NCBI GenBank assembly: GCA_035573995.1
Contig: DATLZM010000016.1
Coordinates: forward strand, 1 to 46,511
From: Actinomycetota bacterium
GTDB lineage: Bacteria > Actinomycetota > UBA4738 > HRBIN12
Length of the DNA: 46,511 nucleotides
Reading direction: 5' to 3'
The position numbers and the translations under genes were made by a program. Numbering within the stretch: the first letter of the stretch is position 1; each line of letters starts with the position of its first letter. Below, one piece after another: positions 38,932 through 46,511 of the stretch. The notes under the pieces were generated by a model. It worked only from the letters and a program-made list of their open reading frames with translations. It made no database searches and was not told the origin of the DNA.

Positions 38932-39722
38932 GCGAGCGCGGCTCGACTCCCGAGGACGTCCCCGCGTCCCTCGGCTCTCGTGAGGACGAAGCCCTGGACC
39001 CCGAGGAGCGAGCCCTCTTCGAGCGCGCAGCGGACGACCGGGCGGCTCGCGAGGCCCTCGTGATCAGGCACCGCCCGCTCGCGGAGTACCTCGCCCGTCG
39101 CTTCCAAGGTCGCGGGGAGCCCGTGGACGACCTCGTCCAGGTGGCGATGATCGGCCTCCTCAAGGCGATCGACCGGTTCGACACGGACCGCGGGGTGAAG
39201 TTCTCGACGTACGCCACCGCGACGATCGTGGGCGAGCTCAAGCGGCACTTCCGCGACCGTGGCTGGGGGTTGCGCGTCCCCCGTCGGCTGCAGGAGACGG
39301 GGCTCCTCGTGAACCAGGTCGTATCGGAGCTCTCGCAGACCCTCGGGCGGTCGCCGACGATCGCCGAGATCGCGCGACGGGCCGGGCTCGAGGAGGACGA
39401 GGTGATCGAGGGGATCGAGGTGGCATCGGCCTACGCCCCTGCGTCGCTGGACGCCCCGTCCCCCGAGGGCGAGAGCCCGCATCGAGAACCCAGCGTCGAG
39501 GAGGAGGACTTCGAGCGGCTGGAGGGATGGGCCGCGGTGGCACCGGCGATCCGCGAGCTCCCCGCCCGGGAACGTCGGATCCTCTACCTCCGGTTCTTCC
39601 GAGACATGACCCAGACCGAGATCGCACGCGAGATCGGGATCTCGCAGATGCACGTCTCGCGCCTGCTCGCGAAGACCTTGGCCTGGCTCCGGGAGCAGGT
39701 GGACCCCGGCGCGTTCGGGTGA
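38928..39722 (+). CDS. group-3 RNA polymerase sigma factor (SigB/SigF/SigG family)
   Basis: Region 2 (DDLVQVAMIGLLKAIDRFD, FSTYATATIVGELKRHFRD), region 3 (PTIAEIARRAGLEEDEV), region 4 (RERRILYLRFFRDMTQTEIAREIGISQMHVSRLL). Confidence 0.9.
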   Translation: MSERGSTPEDVPASLGSREDEALDPEERALFERAADDRAAREALVIRHRPLAEYLARRFQGRGEPVDDLVQVAMIGLLKAIDRFDTDRGVKFSTYATATIVGELKRHFRDRGWGLRVPRRLQETGLLVNQVVSELSQTLGRSPTIAEIARRAGLEEDEVIEGIEVASAYAPASLDAPSPEGESPHREPSVEEEDFERLEGWAAVAPAIRELPARERRILYLRFFRDMTQTEIAREIGISQMHVSRLLAKTLAWLREQVDPGAFG

Positions 39723-39733
39723 GGAGGATAGAG

Positions 39734-40210
39734 GTGGGTCGCGAGCGCGAGAACCGGGGGGACCGGAAGGAGCGGCTGGACCGGGAGCTGATCGAGCTCC
39801 TGAACGAACTCCGGGTGGCCCTCCCCGGGGTCCAGGTCCTGTTCGCGTTCCTCCTCACGGTGCCGTTCACCCAGCGGTTCGCCGACCTCTCTGCCTTGCA
39901 ACGCGACGTCTACTTCGCGGCCTTCCTCGCTACCGGCGTGGCGTCGGTCCTGCTCATGGCCCCCACGGCGTACCACCGGATCCGGTGGCGCCAGTACGAC
40001 AAGGAACGCATGCTGAGGACCGCGAACCGGCTGGCGATCGGGGGCATGCTGGGGCTCGCCTCCGCGATCGCCACGACGGTCTTCCTCATCACCGACCTCC
40101 TCTTCTCCGCGCCGGCCGGTGCGGCGACGACCGCGGCGATCGCGGGCCTGCTGGCGTGGCTGTGGTTCGGCCTGCCTCTCTCCCGGCGGATCCAGGACGG
40201 CGGCCGCTGA
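39734..40210 (+). CDS. membrane protein (DUF6328-like, from memory)
   Basis: GTG 39734 with GGAGGA upstream. LIELLNELRVALPGVQVLFAFLLTVPF..RF..L....R..Y pattern plus two further TM helices. Confidence 0.7.
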   Translation: MGRERENRGDRKERLDRELIELLNELRVALPGVQVLFAFLLTVPFTQRFADLSALQRDVYFAAFLATGVASVLLMAPTAYHRIRWRQYDKERMLRTANRLAIGGMLGLASAIATTVFLITDLLFSAPAGAATTAAIAGLLAWLWFGLPLSRRIQDGGR

Positions 40211-40235
40211 GGCACCGATGGCTGGAGGTCGCGAG

Positions 40236-40757
40236 CTAGCCGGAAGAGCCCTCGCGCCGGAGCGAACGGCGACGCGGGAGGTCGATCTCGAGCCAGACCC
40301 GGGTGGTCGGGCCCGGCTCGACCCCCCAGCGGTCGGCGAGCCGGTCCACGAGGAAGAGCCCCCAGCCTGAGACTCCCACGACCGCTCGATCCCGACCCGG
40401 GATCTCGAACCCGCGGCCCGGGTCCGCCACCTCGAGCCGGACCAGGTCCCCGGTCACCTCGATGCGGACGAGCACGCTTGCCTCCGGGCCGGCGCGCGCA
40501 TGCCGCACACTGTTGCCGACGAGCTCGGACACGAGGAGCCGCAGGTCCTCCAGGACCGATGCGGGGAGGTCGTCGGCCAGGGCCTCGAGGGCCCGCCGCG
40601 CCGAGGTCACGGCGCGGGGACCCAAGCGGTATCGCCGCTCGAGGATCACCGACCGGCTCGCTCCCCGAGGGGCCGCCACCCCCGCTGGCCGCGGGTCGGA
40701 TCGGAACACGCAGGTTCGCCGGCTGCGGCGCTCCAGGCGCTGAAAGACTTCCCCCAC
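40236..40757 (-). CDS. RsbW-type serine-protein kinase / anti-sigma factor (intact HATPase_c_2)
   Basis: LLVSELVGNSVRHA (N-box with Asn), ADPGRGF (G1), GWGLFLVDRLADRWG (G2). The start is uncertain (GTG 40757 or an internal GTG). Confidence 0.75.
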   Translation of the reverse strand: MGEVFQRLERRSRRTCVFRSDPRPAGVAAPRGASRSVILERRYRLGPRAVTSARRALEALADDLPASVLEDLRLLVSELVGNSVRHARAGPEASVLVRIEVTGDLVRLEVADPGRGFEIPGRDRAVVGVSGWGLFLVDRLADRWGVEPGPTTRVWLEIDLPRRRSLRREGSSG

Positions 40758-40920
40758 GACCCCCGGATCTCGACCCCGATCACGTCTCCCACGGGCGGCG
40801 GGCCACGGTGACTACGCGGTCCGCGTCCTCACCTCGCCACAAGCCTACCCACGATGGCCCGAGGAGCAAGCGCGACATCGGCGGGATCCGCGCCGCCGAG
40901 GCGCCTTCCCGGCGTCCCGG

Positions 40921-40946
40921 GTTTCGGGGGCCTGGCGAACGGGTAG
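40921..40946 (+). promoter_or_regulatory. SigB/SigF-type promoter-like element (GTTT-N16-GGGTAG)
   Basis: GTTT at 40921-40924 and GGGTAG at 40941-40946. About 70 nt upstream of the GlsB-like start at 41016. Confidence 0.45.
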
Positions 40947-41015
40947 CCACCGGTGGGTCGTCCGGGGCCGGGGAACCGGGAAGAGGGCGGGCCGCCCCGG
41001 GGGAAGGAGGGAGCC

Positions 41016-41282
41016 GTGATCGACCTCGTCGCGTGGCTGATCGTGGGGCTCGCCGCCGGGGCACTGGCCCGGCTCGTGGTCCCAGGGGAGGACCCGATGG
41101 GGGTGCTTGGGACGATGGTGCTCGGGCTCGTGGGCTCCGTGATCGGGGGTCTGCTGGGTGACTTGCTCATCTCCGGCGACCGTGGCTTCGAGCCCGCAGG
41201 GCTCATCGGTTCCATCCTCGGCGCGGTCATCGCGCTGCTGATATACCGCTCGGTCCGGGGTGGCCGCCCCGTGAGCAGATGA
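41016..41282 (+). CDS. GlsB/YeaQ/YmgE-family stress-response membrane protein (second paralog)
   Basis: GTG 41016 with GGAGGGAG upstream. IVGLAAGALARLVVPGEDPMGVLGTMVLGLVGSVIGGLLG. Confidence 0.8.
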   Translation: MIDLVAWLIVGLAAGALARLVVPGEDPMGVLGTMVLGLVGSVIGGLLGDLLISGDRGFEPAGLIGSILGAVIALLIYRSVRGGRPVSR

Positions 41283-41297
41283 AAGGAGGGGATCCAG

Positions 41298-41693
41298 ATG
41301 GAGATGAGACGGAGGGGGAGCGGTCTGTGGAGCCGGATGGGCGCTGTGGCCGCCGACGCTCGGGAACAGGTGCTCCGGGCGCGGGTGGAGCGACTGGAGC
41401 GACGGAACGACCGCCTGGCGGAGGAGGTCGGGCGGGTCCGCTCGGAGCTCGAGCATGAGCGGTCCCTCCGCGAGCAGGCGTTGGAGGCGGTACGGGGCAC
41501 ACGAGCCGAGCCCCGACCCCGGCGAGGCCGGCGATTCCTGCGGACGGCCGTGGTCGGGGGCGCCGCGTACGTGCTCGGCGCCAGGGCGGGCCGAGAGCGT
41601 TACGAACGCCTCCGCTCCTGGGCGCGGGCAGCGATGGAGGGGAAGACCTCCAGCCGCCGCGGCGGCCCGGCGCCCTCCCCGCCCCCGGGCTGA
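41298..41693 (+). CDS. coiled-coil hypothetical protein with one hydrophobic segment
   Basis: ORF 41298..41693. AAGGAGGGG upstream. Heptad-like RARVERLERRNDRLAEEVGRVRSELEHERSLRE. Confidence 0.55.
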   Translation: MEMRRRGSGLWSRMGAVAADAREQVLRARVERLERRNDRLAEEVGRVRSELEHERSLREQALEAVRGTRAEPRPRRGRRFLRTAVVGGAAYVLGARAGRERYERLRSWARAAMEGKTSSRRGGPAPSPPPG

Positions 41694-41724
41694 CGCCGAT
41701 CCGCTGCCCGGAACAGACGCCGGG

Positions 41725-42894
41725 TCATCCGAGCGCGCCGGCGAGCCTCCGCAGCCGGCGGCCGGCCTCGCGGAGGGTCTCGAGGCGCTTGCAGAACGAG
41801 AACCGCACCACGTCGCGGCCGAGTTCGGGCCGCGAGAAGAAGGAGGAGCCCGGCACGACCGCGACGCCGACCTCGCGGACCAGGTGGAGGGCCACGTCCA
41901 CGTCGCTCCCCAGGCCGAGGTGGTCGATCCCGGCCATCACGTAGTAGGCCCCGGCCGGGGGCTTCGCGTCGAACCCCGCATCGGCGAGGACCTCCATCAT
42001 CGCGGCCCGCCGCTCGGCGTACTCGGCCGCGGTCCGCTCGTGGTAGGCGTCGGGGAGGGAGAGGGCGGTCACCGCGGCGTGCTGGAGGGGCGTCGGCGCC
42101 CCCACCGTGAGGAAGTCGTGGACCCGACGGATGCCGTCGAGGAGCGGCGGAGCGGCGATCGCCCAGCCCACCCGCCAGCCGGTCACCGCGTAGGTCTTCG
42201 AGAGCGCGCTGATGGTCACGGTACGGTCTTCCATCCCGGGGATCGTGGCCATCGGCACGTGGCGGGCCCCGTCGTACGTGATGTGCTCGTAGATCTCGTC
42301 GGTGAAGGCCAGGGCCCCGTGCTTCACGCAGAGGGCCGCGATGGCCTCGAGCTCCTCCCGCGCGAACACCTTCCCGGTCGGGTTGTTCGGCGTGTTCAGC
42401 ACCACCGCCCGGGTGCGGTCCGAGAACGCGCGCCGGAGCTCCGCCTCGTCGAACGTCCAGTCCGGCTCCCGGAGCGCGACGTACCGGGGGACGGCCCCGG
42501 CGAGGATCGTGTCGGGGACGTAGTTCTCGTAGTAGGGCTCGAAGATCACGACCTCGTCCCCGGGATCGAGGATCCCGAGCATCGCGGAGGCCATCGCCTC
42601 GGTCGAGCCGCAGGTCACGCAGACCTCCCGCTCGGGGTCCACCTCCATCCCGTAGGTGCGCCGGTACTTCTCGGCGATCGCCTCGCGGAGCTCGGGCTCG
42701 CCCCAGGTGATCGGGTACTGGTTCCGGTCGGCCTCGATCGCCTCCCGCGCCGCGCGCTTGAGCTCCCCGGGGGCCGGGAAATCGGGGAACCCCTGGGCGA
42801 GGTTGATCGCGTCGTGCTCCATCGCGAGGCGGGTCATCTCGCGGATCACCGACTCGGTGAACGACGCCGCCTTCCGCGACGCGCGGACCTTCAT
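41725..42894 (-). CDS. PLP-dependent class I/II aminotransferase (YbdL/kynurenine-aminotransferase-like)
   Basis: INLAQGFPDFP, NTPNNPTGKVF, SALSKTYAVTGWRVGW (PLP Lys), and the RFSF C-terminal motif. Confidence 0.9.
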   Translation of the reverse strand: MKVRASRKAASFTESVIREMTRLAMEHDAINLAQGFPDFPAPGELKRAAREAIEADRNQYPITWGEPELREAIAEKYRRTYGMEVDPEREVCVTCGSTEAMASAMLGILDPGDEVVIFEPYYENYVPDTILAGAVPRYVALREPDWTFDEAELRRAFSDRTRAVVLNTPNNPTGKVFAREELEAIAALCVKHGALAFTDEIYEHITYDGARHVPMATIPGMEDRTVTISALSKTYAVTGWRVGWAIAAPPLLDGIRRVHDFLTVGAPTPLQHAAVTALSLPDAYHERTAAEYAERRAAMMEVLADAGFDAKPPAGAYYVMAGIDHLGLGSDVDVALHLVREVGVAVVPGSSFFSRPELGRDVVRFSFCKRLETLREAGRRLRRLAGALG

Positions 42895-42938
42895 CGCGGG
42901 ACCTCCTGGGCGAGACGGGAGCCCGTATCGTACCGCCC

Positions 42939-44330
42939 GTGCTCGAGGAGATCGCCCGCGCCGTCCGCACCCGCCACGCCTCCGCGCGGGAGCTCGTCCT
43001 CGAGGCGATCCGCCGGATCGAACGGCTCGACCCCGGCGTGGGCGCGGTGGTCGCGCTCCGCGCGGAGGAGGCCCTGGCCGAGGCCGCGGCCCTGGACGAG
43101 CGCGTCGCCCGGGGCGAGGACCCGGGCCCCCTGGCGGGCATCCCGTTCCTCGTGAAGGACATCGAGGACCTGGCGGGCCTGCCGACCACCCACGGGTCGC
43201 TGCTGTTCGCCGACGCGCCCCCCGCCGAGCAGGACGGCCGGATCCCCCGCGCGCTGCGGGCCGCGGGGGCGATCCCGGTGGGGAAGGCGAACACGCCGGA
43301 GTTCGCCTGCGAGGGTTTCACCGCGAACCTCCCGTTCGGCGCCACGCGGAACCCCTGGGCGCCGGCGTACTCGCCGGGCGGCTCGAGCGGCGGCTCCGGC
43401 GCCGCGATCGCCGCGGGCATGGTGCCCCTCGCCACGGCGACCGACACCGGCGGCTCGATCCGGATCCCCGCGGCGTTCTGCGGGCTGGTCGGGCTGAAGC
43501 CCACGAACGGCCTGGTGGGCCGCGACCCCGCCCTCCCGTGGCCCGACCTCACGACGTGCGGGCCGCTCGGGGCGAGCGTGGAGGACGTCCGGCTGCTGCT
43601 CCGGGTGGAGACCGGGCCGGCGACCGGCGATCCCCTCTACCCGGCCCGTCCGCCCGAGGTCCGGGCCGCGTTCCGCCGCCTCCTGGCCTCGCCGCGCCTG
43701 GCCGACTTCGGCCCCATCCACCCGGAGGTCTCGGCGGCGTTCGAGCGCGCGCTCCGCCGCCTGGAGGAGGTGCTGGGCCTCCCCGTGGAGCCGACCGAGG
43801 CGGCGCGGATCTTCCCCGCCGGGAACCCGGAGCTCGACTGGATCGTGCTCACCGCCCCCGAGCTGGTCGCCTGGCTGGGTCGGGGGCGGGTCGAGCGGGA
43901 GGCCGACCGTCTCCACCCCGCCACCCGGGTCTTCGTGGAGACAGGCCTCCGGACCTCGCTCGACGAGCACCTCGCAGCCAGGGGGCGCCGGGTGGCGTAC
44001 GCCCGGAGCCTGGACGAGGCGCTCGGCGAGGACGGGCTCCTCGTCGCGCCCACCCTCACGGTCCCGGGCTGGCTGGCGGAGGGGCCGCTCCCCGGCTCGG
44101 ACGCGCCCGGGCCCCCGCCGGAGGTCTACAACACGTCGTCGCAGAACCTCACCGGGCACCCCGCGATCACCCTGCCGGCCGGCCGCCTGGCGAACGGCGT
44201 GCCGTTCGGGCTGCAGCTCACCGGGCCGCGGTGGAGCGACGGCGCGCTCCTCGACCTGGCCGCGCGGTGGGAGGAAGCGGAGCCGTGGCCGCCGGTCGCG
44301 GAGGGCTACGACCCGTTCCCCTCAGGCTGA
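42939..44330 (+). CDS. amidase-signature family amidase
   Basis: GGSSGGSGAAIAAGMVPLATATDTGGSIRIPAAFCGLVGLKPT. Confidence 0.9.
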   Translation: MLEEIARAVRTRHASARELVLEAIRRIERLDPGVGAVVALRAEEALAEAAALDERVARGEDPGPLAGIPFLVKDIEDLAGLPTTHGSLLFADAPPAEQDGRIPRALRAAGAIPVGKANTPEFACEGFTANLPFGATRNPWAPAYSPGGSSGGSGAAIAAGMVPLATATDTGGSIRIPAAFCGLVGLKPTNGLVGRDPALPWPDLTTCGPLGASVEDVRLLLRVETGPATGDPLYPARPPEVRAAFRRLLASPRLADFGPIHPEVSAAFERALRRLEEVLGLPVEPTEAARIFPAGNPELDWIVLTAPELVAWLGRGRVEREADRLHPATRVFVETGLRTSLDEHLAARGRRVAYARSLDEALGEDGLLVAPTLTVPGWLAEGPLPGSDAPGPPPEVYNTSSQNLTGHPAITLPAGRLANGVPFGLQLTGPRWSDGALLDLAARWEEAEPWPPVAEGYDPFPSG

Positions 44331-44604
44331 CCGCCCGACGATCCCTGGATGGCGGGGGGCAGGGCGATCGCGCCGGCGGTCCTCGACGGTCGGGGGCCGA
44401 CCCGGAGCGGCTCCACGTCGTGGCCCCGATCTACGCGTTCGTCCTCCTCCCACTTCGAGACGATGGCCCGGTGGGCCAGGTGGGCCGAGCGGGAGGTCCG
44501 CCGCTGGCCGGACACCTCGGCGCCGGACGACCCGGCCAGGGCCCTCGAGGTCTTCCGCCGGTCCCTGCGAGCGCGCCGTCCCGCGCGGTGAGGGCCCGGC
44601 GCCG

Positions 44605-45465
44605 CTACCGGTCGCCGTCCCCCTGCTCCCGCAGGAACCGCTCGAGCTCCGCGGCGAGATCCTCCCCCGAGGGCGCGGGGCCCAGGTCCTCCCGCTCGAC
44701 CGCCGCGTCCTCGAGCCGCTGGACGTAGGCGGCGAGGTTCGGGTCCTCCTCCACGGTCTCGCGGACCCGCCGCTCCCAGCCCCGGACCGCCTCCTCCAGC
44801 GCGTCCAGGTCGAGCGCCACCCCGAGGAGCCCGCGGAGCTTCGCGAGGAGCGCGAGCGCCGCCTTGGGGTTCGTGGTCTGCGGGAGGTAGTGCGGCGATG
44901 CCGCCCACAGCGAGACGGAGGGCAGCCCGGCGCGACGGGCCTCGTGGTGGAGGACCCCGACGATCCCGGTCGGGCCCTCGTAGCGGGTGGGCGAGACCCC
45001 GAGCCCCTCGAGGAGCCCCCGCTCGGAGGCCGAGCCGCTCACCGGGGAGGGGAACGTGTGGGGGACGTCGGCGAGGAAGGCCCCCAGCGTGACCAGGAGC
45101 TCCGCCCCGAGGTCCCGGGCCGCCCCCAGCACCTCCCCGGCGAACGTCCGCCACCGCACGTTCGGCTCGGTCCCGAGGAGCACGACCACGTCCCGCCCGG
45201 GCCGGGCGAGGTGCAGGTCGGTCCGGGGCCACTCGAGCTCGCGGGTCGTCCCCTCCACCACCCGGACCGTGGGGCGGTTCACCTGGAAGTCGAAGAACTC
45301 CTCGGGGTCGATGTCGGCGAACCGCTCCGCCCGCCACTGCTCGACCAGGTAGGTGGCGGCCGCCGACGCCGCCTCCCCGGCGTCGTTCCAGCCCCGGAAG
45401 GCGCACACCAGGACCGGCCGGTCGACCTCGGGGCGGAAGGCGTACCGGACGTGGGCCACCCGCAC
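44605..45465 (-). CDS. PAC2 (proteasome assembly chaperone 2-like) family protein
   Basis: VLVCAFRGWNDAGEAAS, DPEEFFDF, VVLLGTEPNVRW, YEGPTGIVGVL, PHYL. The start is GTG 45465 or 45459. Confidence 0.85.
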   Translation of the reverse strand: MRVAHVRYAFRPEVDRPVLVCAFRGWNDAGEAASAAATYLVEQWRAERFADIDPEEFFDFQVNRPTVRVVEGTTRELEWPRTDLHLARPGRDVVVLLGTEPNVRWRTFAGEVLGAARDLGAELLVTLGAFLADVPHTFPSPVSGSASERGLLEGLGVSPTRYEGPTGIVGVLHHEARRAGLPSVSLWAASPHYLPQTTNPKAALALLAKLRGLLGVALDLDALEEAVRGWERRVRETVEEDPNLAAYVQRLEDAAVEREDLGPAPSGEDLAAELERFLREQGDGDR

Positions 45466-45543
45466 AGTCTCCCCGCTGCCGCCCCGGGCGTCACCCCGAC
45501 CCGAGGGCGGGCACCATCGTCGACCCGCACCCGGCGCCGTCGA

Positions 45544-46476
45544 TCAGCGCGGGGCTAGCGCCATGAGACCGAGGAGCTCGTAGCAGACGTGGGCGGCGGC
45601 CGTGGCGGTCAGCTCGGCGTGGTCGTAGGGTGGGGAGACCTCGACCACGTCGGCCCCCACGATCCGGATCCCGGCCAGGCCCCGGAGCATCCCCAGCAGC
45701 TCCCGGGAGGTGAGGCCCCCGGCCTCGGGGGTCCCGGTGCCCGGGGCGTGGGCGGGGTCGAGCACGTCGATGTCGACCGAGACGTAGACCGGGGCCTCCC
45801 CCAGCCGGGCCCGGATCCGCTCCACCGCGCCCTCCACCCCGAGCCCGTCGAGCTCGTAGGCCCCCACCACCGCGAACCCGAACCGGGCGTCGTCCTCGAG
45901 GTCCCGGGGGGAGTAGAGCGGGCCCCGGATCCCCACGTGGACCGCGTGGCCCTCGAGGATGAGCCCCTCCTCCCAGGCCCGGCGGAAGGGCGTCCCGTGG
46001 GTGTAGGCGGCGCCGAAGTAGGTGTCCCAGGTGTCGAGGTGGGCGTCGAAGTGCAGGAGCGCCACCGGCCCGTGGCGGCGGCGGACCGCCCGGAGCAGGG
46101 GGAGGGCCACGGTGTGGTCCCCGCCGATCGCGAGGAACCGCCCCGCGCCCTTGAGCGCCTCCCCCGCCGCCCCCTCGATCGCGGAGATCGCCGCCCCGAT
46201 GTCGAAGGGGTTGCAGGCCACGTCCCCGGCGTCGGCCACCTGCTGGTCGCCGAAGGGGTGGACCCCCAGCCCCGGGTGGTAGGCGCGGAGGAGCCGGCTC
46301 GCCGCGCGGACCGCGTGGGGGCCGAACCGGGCCCCGGGGCGGTAGGTGACGCCGGCGTCGAAGGGGATCCCGAGGACCGCCACGTCGCACCGTTCGACCT
46401 CGTCGCGCCGCGGCAGGCGGGCGAAGGTGGGCGGGCCGGCGAAGCGCGGGACGACGAGCGCGTCGACGGGCCCCAC
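45544..46476 (-). CDS. speB: agmatinase (arginase/ureohydrolase family)
   Basis: [45 protein letters not shown]. Confidence 0.9.
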   Translation of the reverse strand: MGPVDALVVPRFAGPPTFARLPRRDEVERCDVAVLGIPFDAGVTYRPGARFGPHAVRAASRLLRAYHPGLGVHPFGDQQVADAGDVACNPFDIGAAISAIEGAAGEALKGAGRFLAIGGDHTVALPLLRAVRRRHGPVALLHFDAHLDTWDTYFGAAYTHGTPFRRAWEEGLILEGHAVHVGIRGPLYSPRDLEDDARFGFAVVGAYELDGLGVEGAVERIRARLGEAPVYVSVDIDVLDPAHAPGTGTPEAGGLTSRELLGMLRGLAGIRIVGADVVEVSPPYDHAELTATAAAHVCYELLGLMALAPR

Positions 46477-46511
46477 GACCGGCGGTCCTTCGGGCCCGAC
46501 GGCGGGCGGCC

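Noticed and set aside
1-46511. Looked for rRNA, tRNA, CRISPR arrays, transposases, integrases, phage genes and terminal inverted repeats.
   Set aside because: None found by eye. The only repeats are an 18-nt tandem pair and short hairpins. The two gene remnants are metabolic or glycosyltransferase genes, not IS elements. A proper tRNAscan/Infernal run is still advisable.

Overview
Very GC-rich 46.5-kb chromosomal window (roughly 70%+ GC by eye). The gene content looks actinobacterial: an F420-type LLM oxidoreductase, PAC2, UdgX, DUF5709-like and GlsB/YeaQ proteins, and SigB/SigF-type partner switching. I found no rRNA, tRNA, CRISPR array, transposase or integrase. About 58 CDS are supportable, plus two decayed gene remnants. 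Layout: (i) 99-6169, a YbaK-like editing protein, a membrane metallophosphoesterase and a PotABCD-like ABC importer. (ii) 6212-16013 and 21894-25431, a split cluster holding a complete ADP-heptose pathway (GmhA fused to a GT4, HldE, GmhB), three GT9 heptosyltransferase paralogs, further GT4/GT2 genes and an SDR. It also contains a small opposite-strand insert with two short ORFs that fall below the ORF-track length cut-off. (iii) 16059-21804, a dodecin, a frameshifted ADH remnant, an unusual M50-CBS-PDZ-Lon fusion protease, a GT2 remnant, an unknown polytopic membrane protein and an SRPBCC protein. (iv) 25535-41693, a stress and DNA-protection island. It carries Dps, a DksA/TraR zinc-finger protein, topoisomerase IB, UdgX, GlsB paralogs and small membrane proteins, a GAF/PAS-PP2C sensor phosphatase, a STAS protein, three RsbW-like proteins and a SigB/F-family sigma factor. 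(v) 41725-46476, housekeeping genes (aminotransferase, amidase, PAC2, agmatinase). The two most interesting points are the heptose glycosylation system in an apparently monoderm context, including the GT4-GmhA fusion, and a recurring GTTT-N16/17-GGGTA promoter-like motif. That motif ties much of the window to the locally encoded sigma factor. All calls come from reading motifs by eye; no database search was possible.
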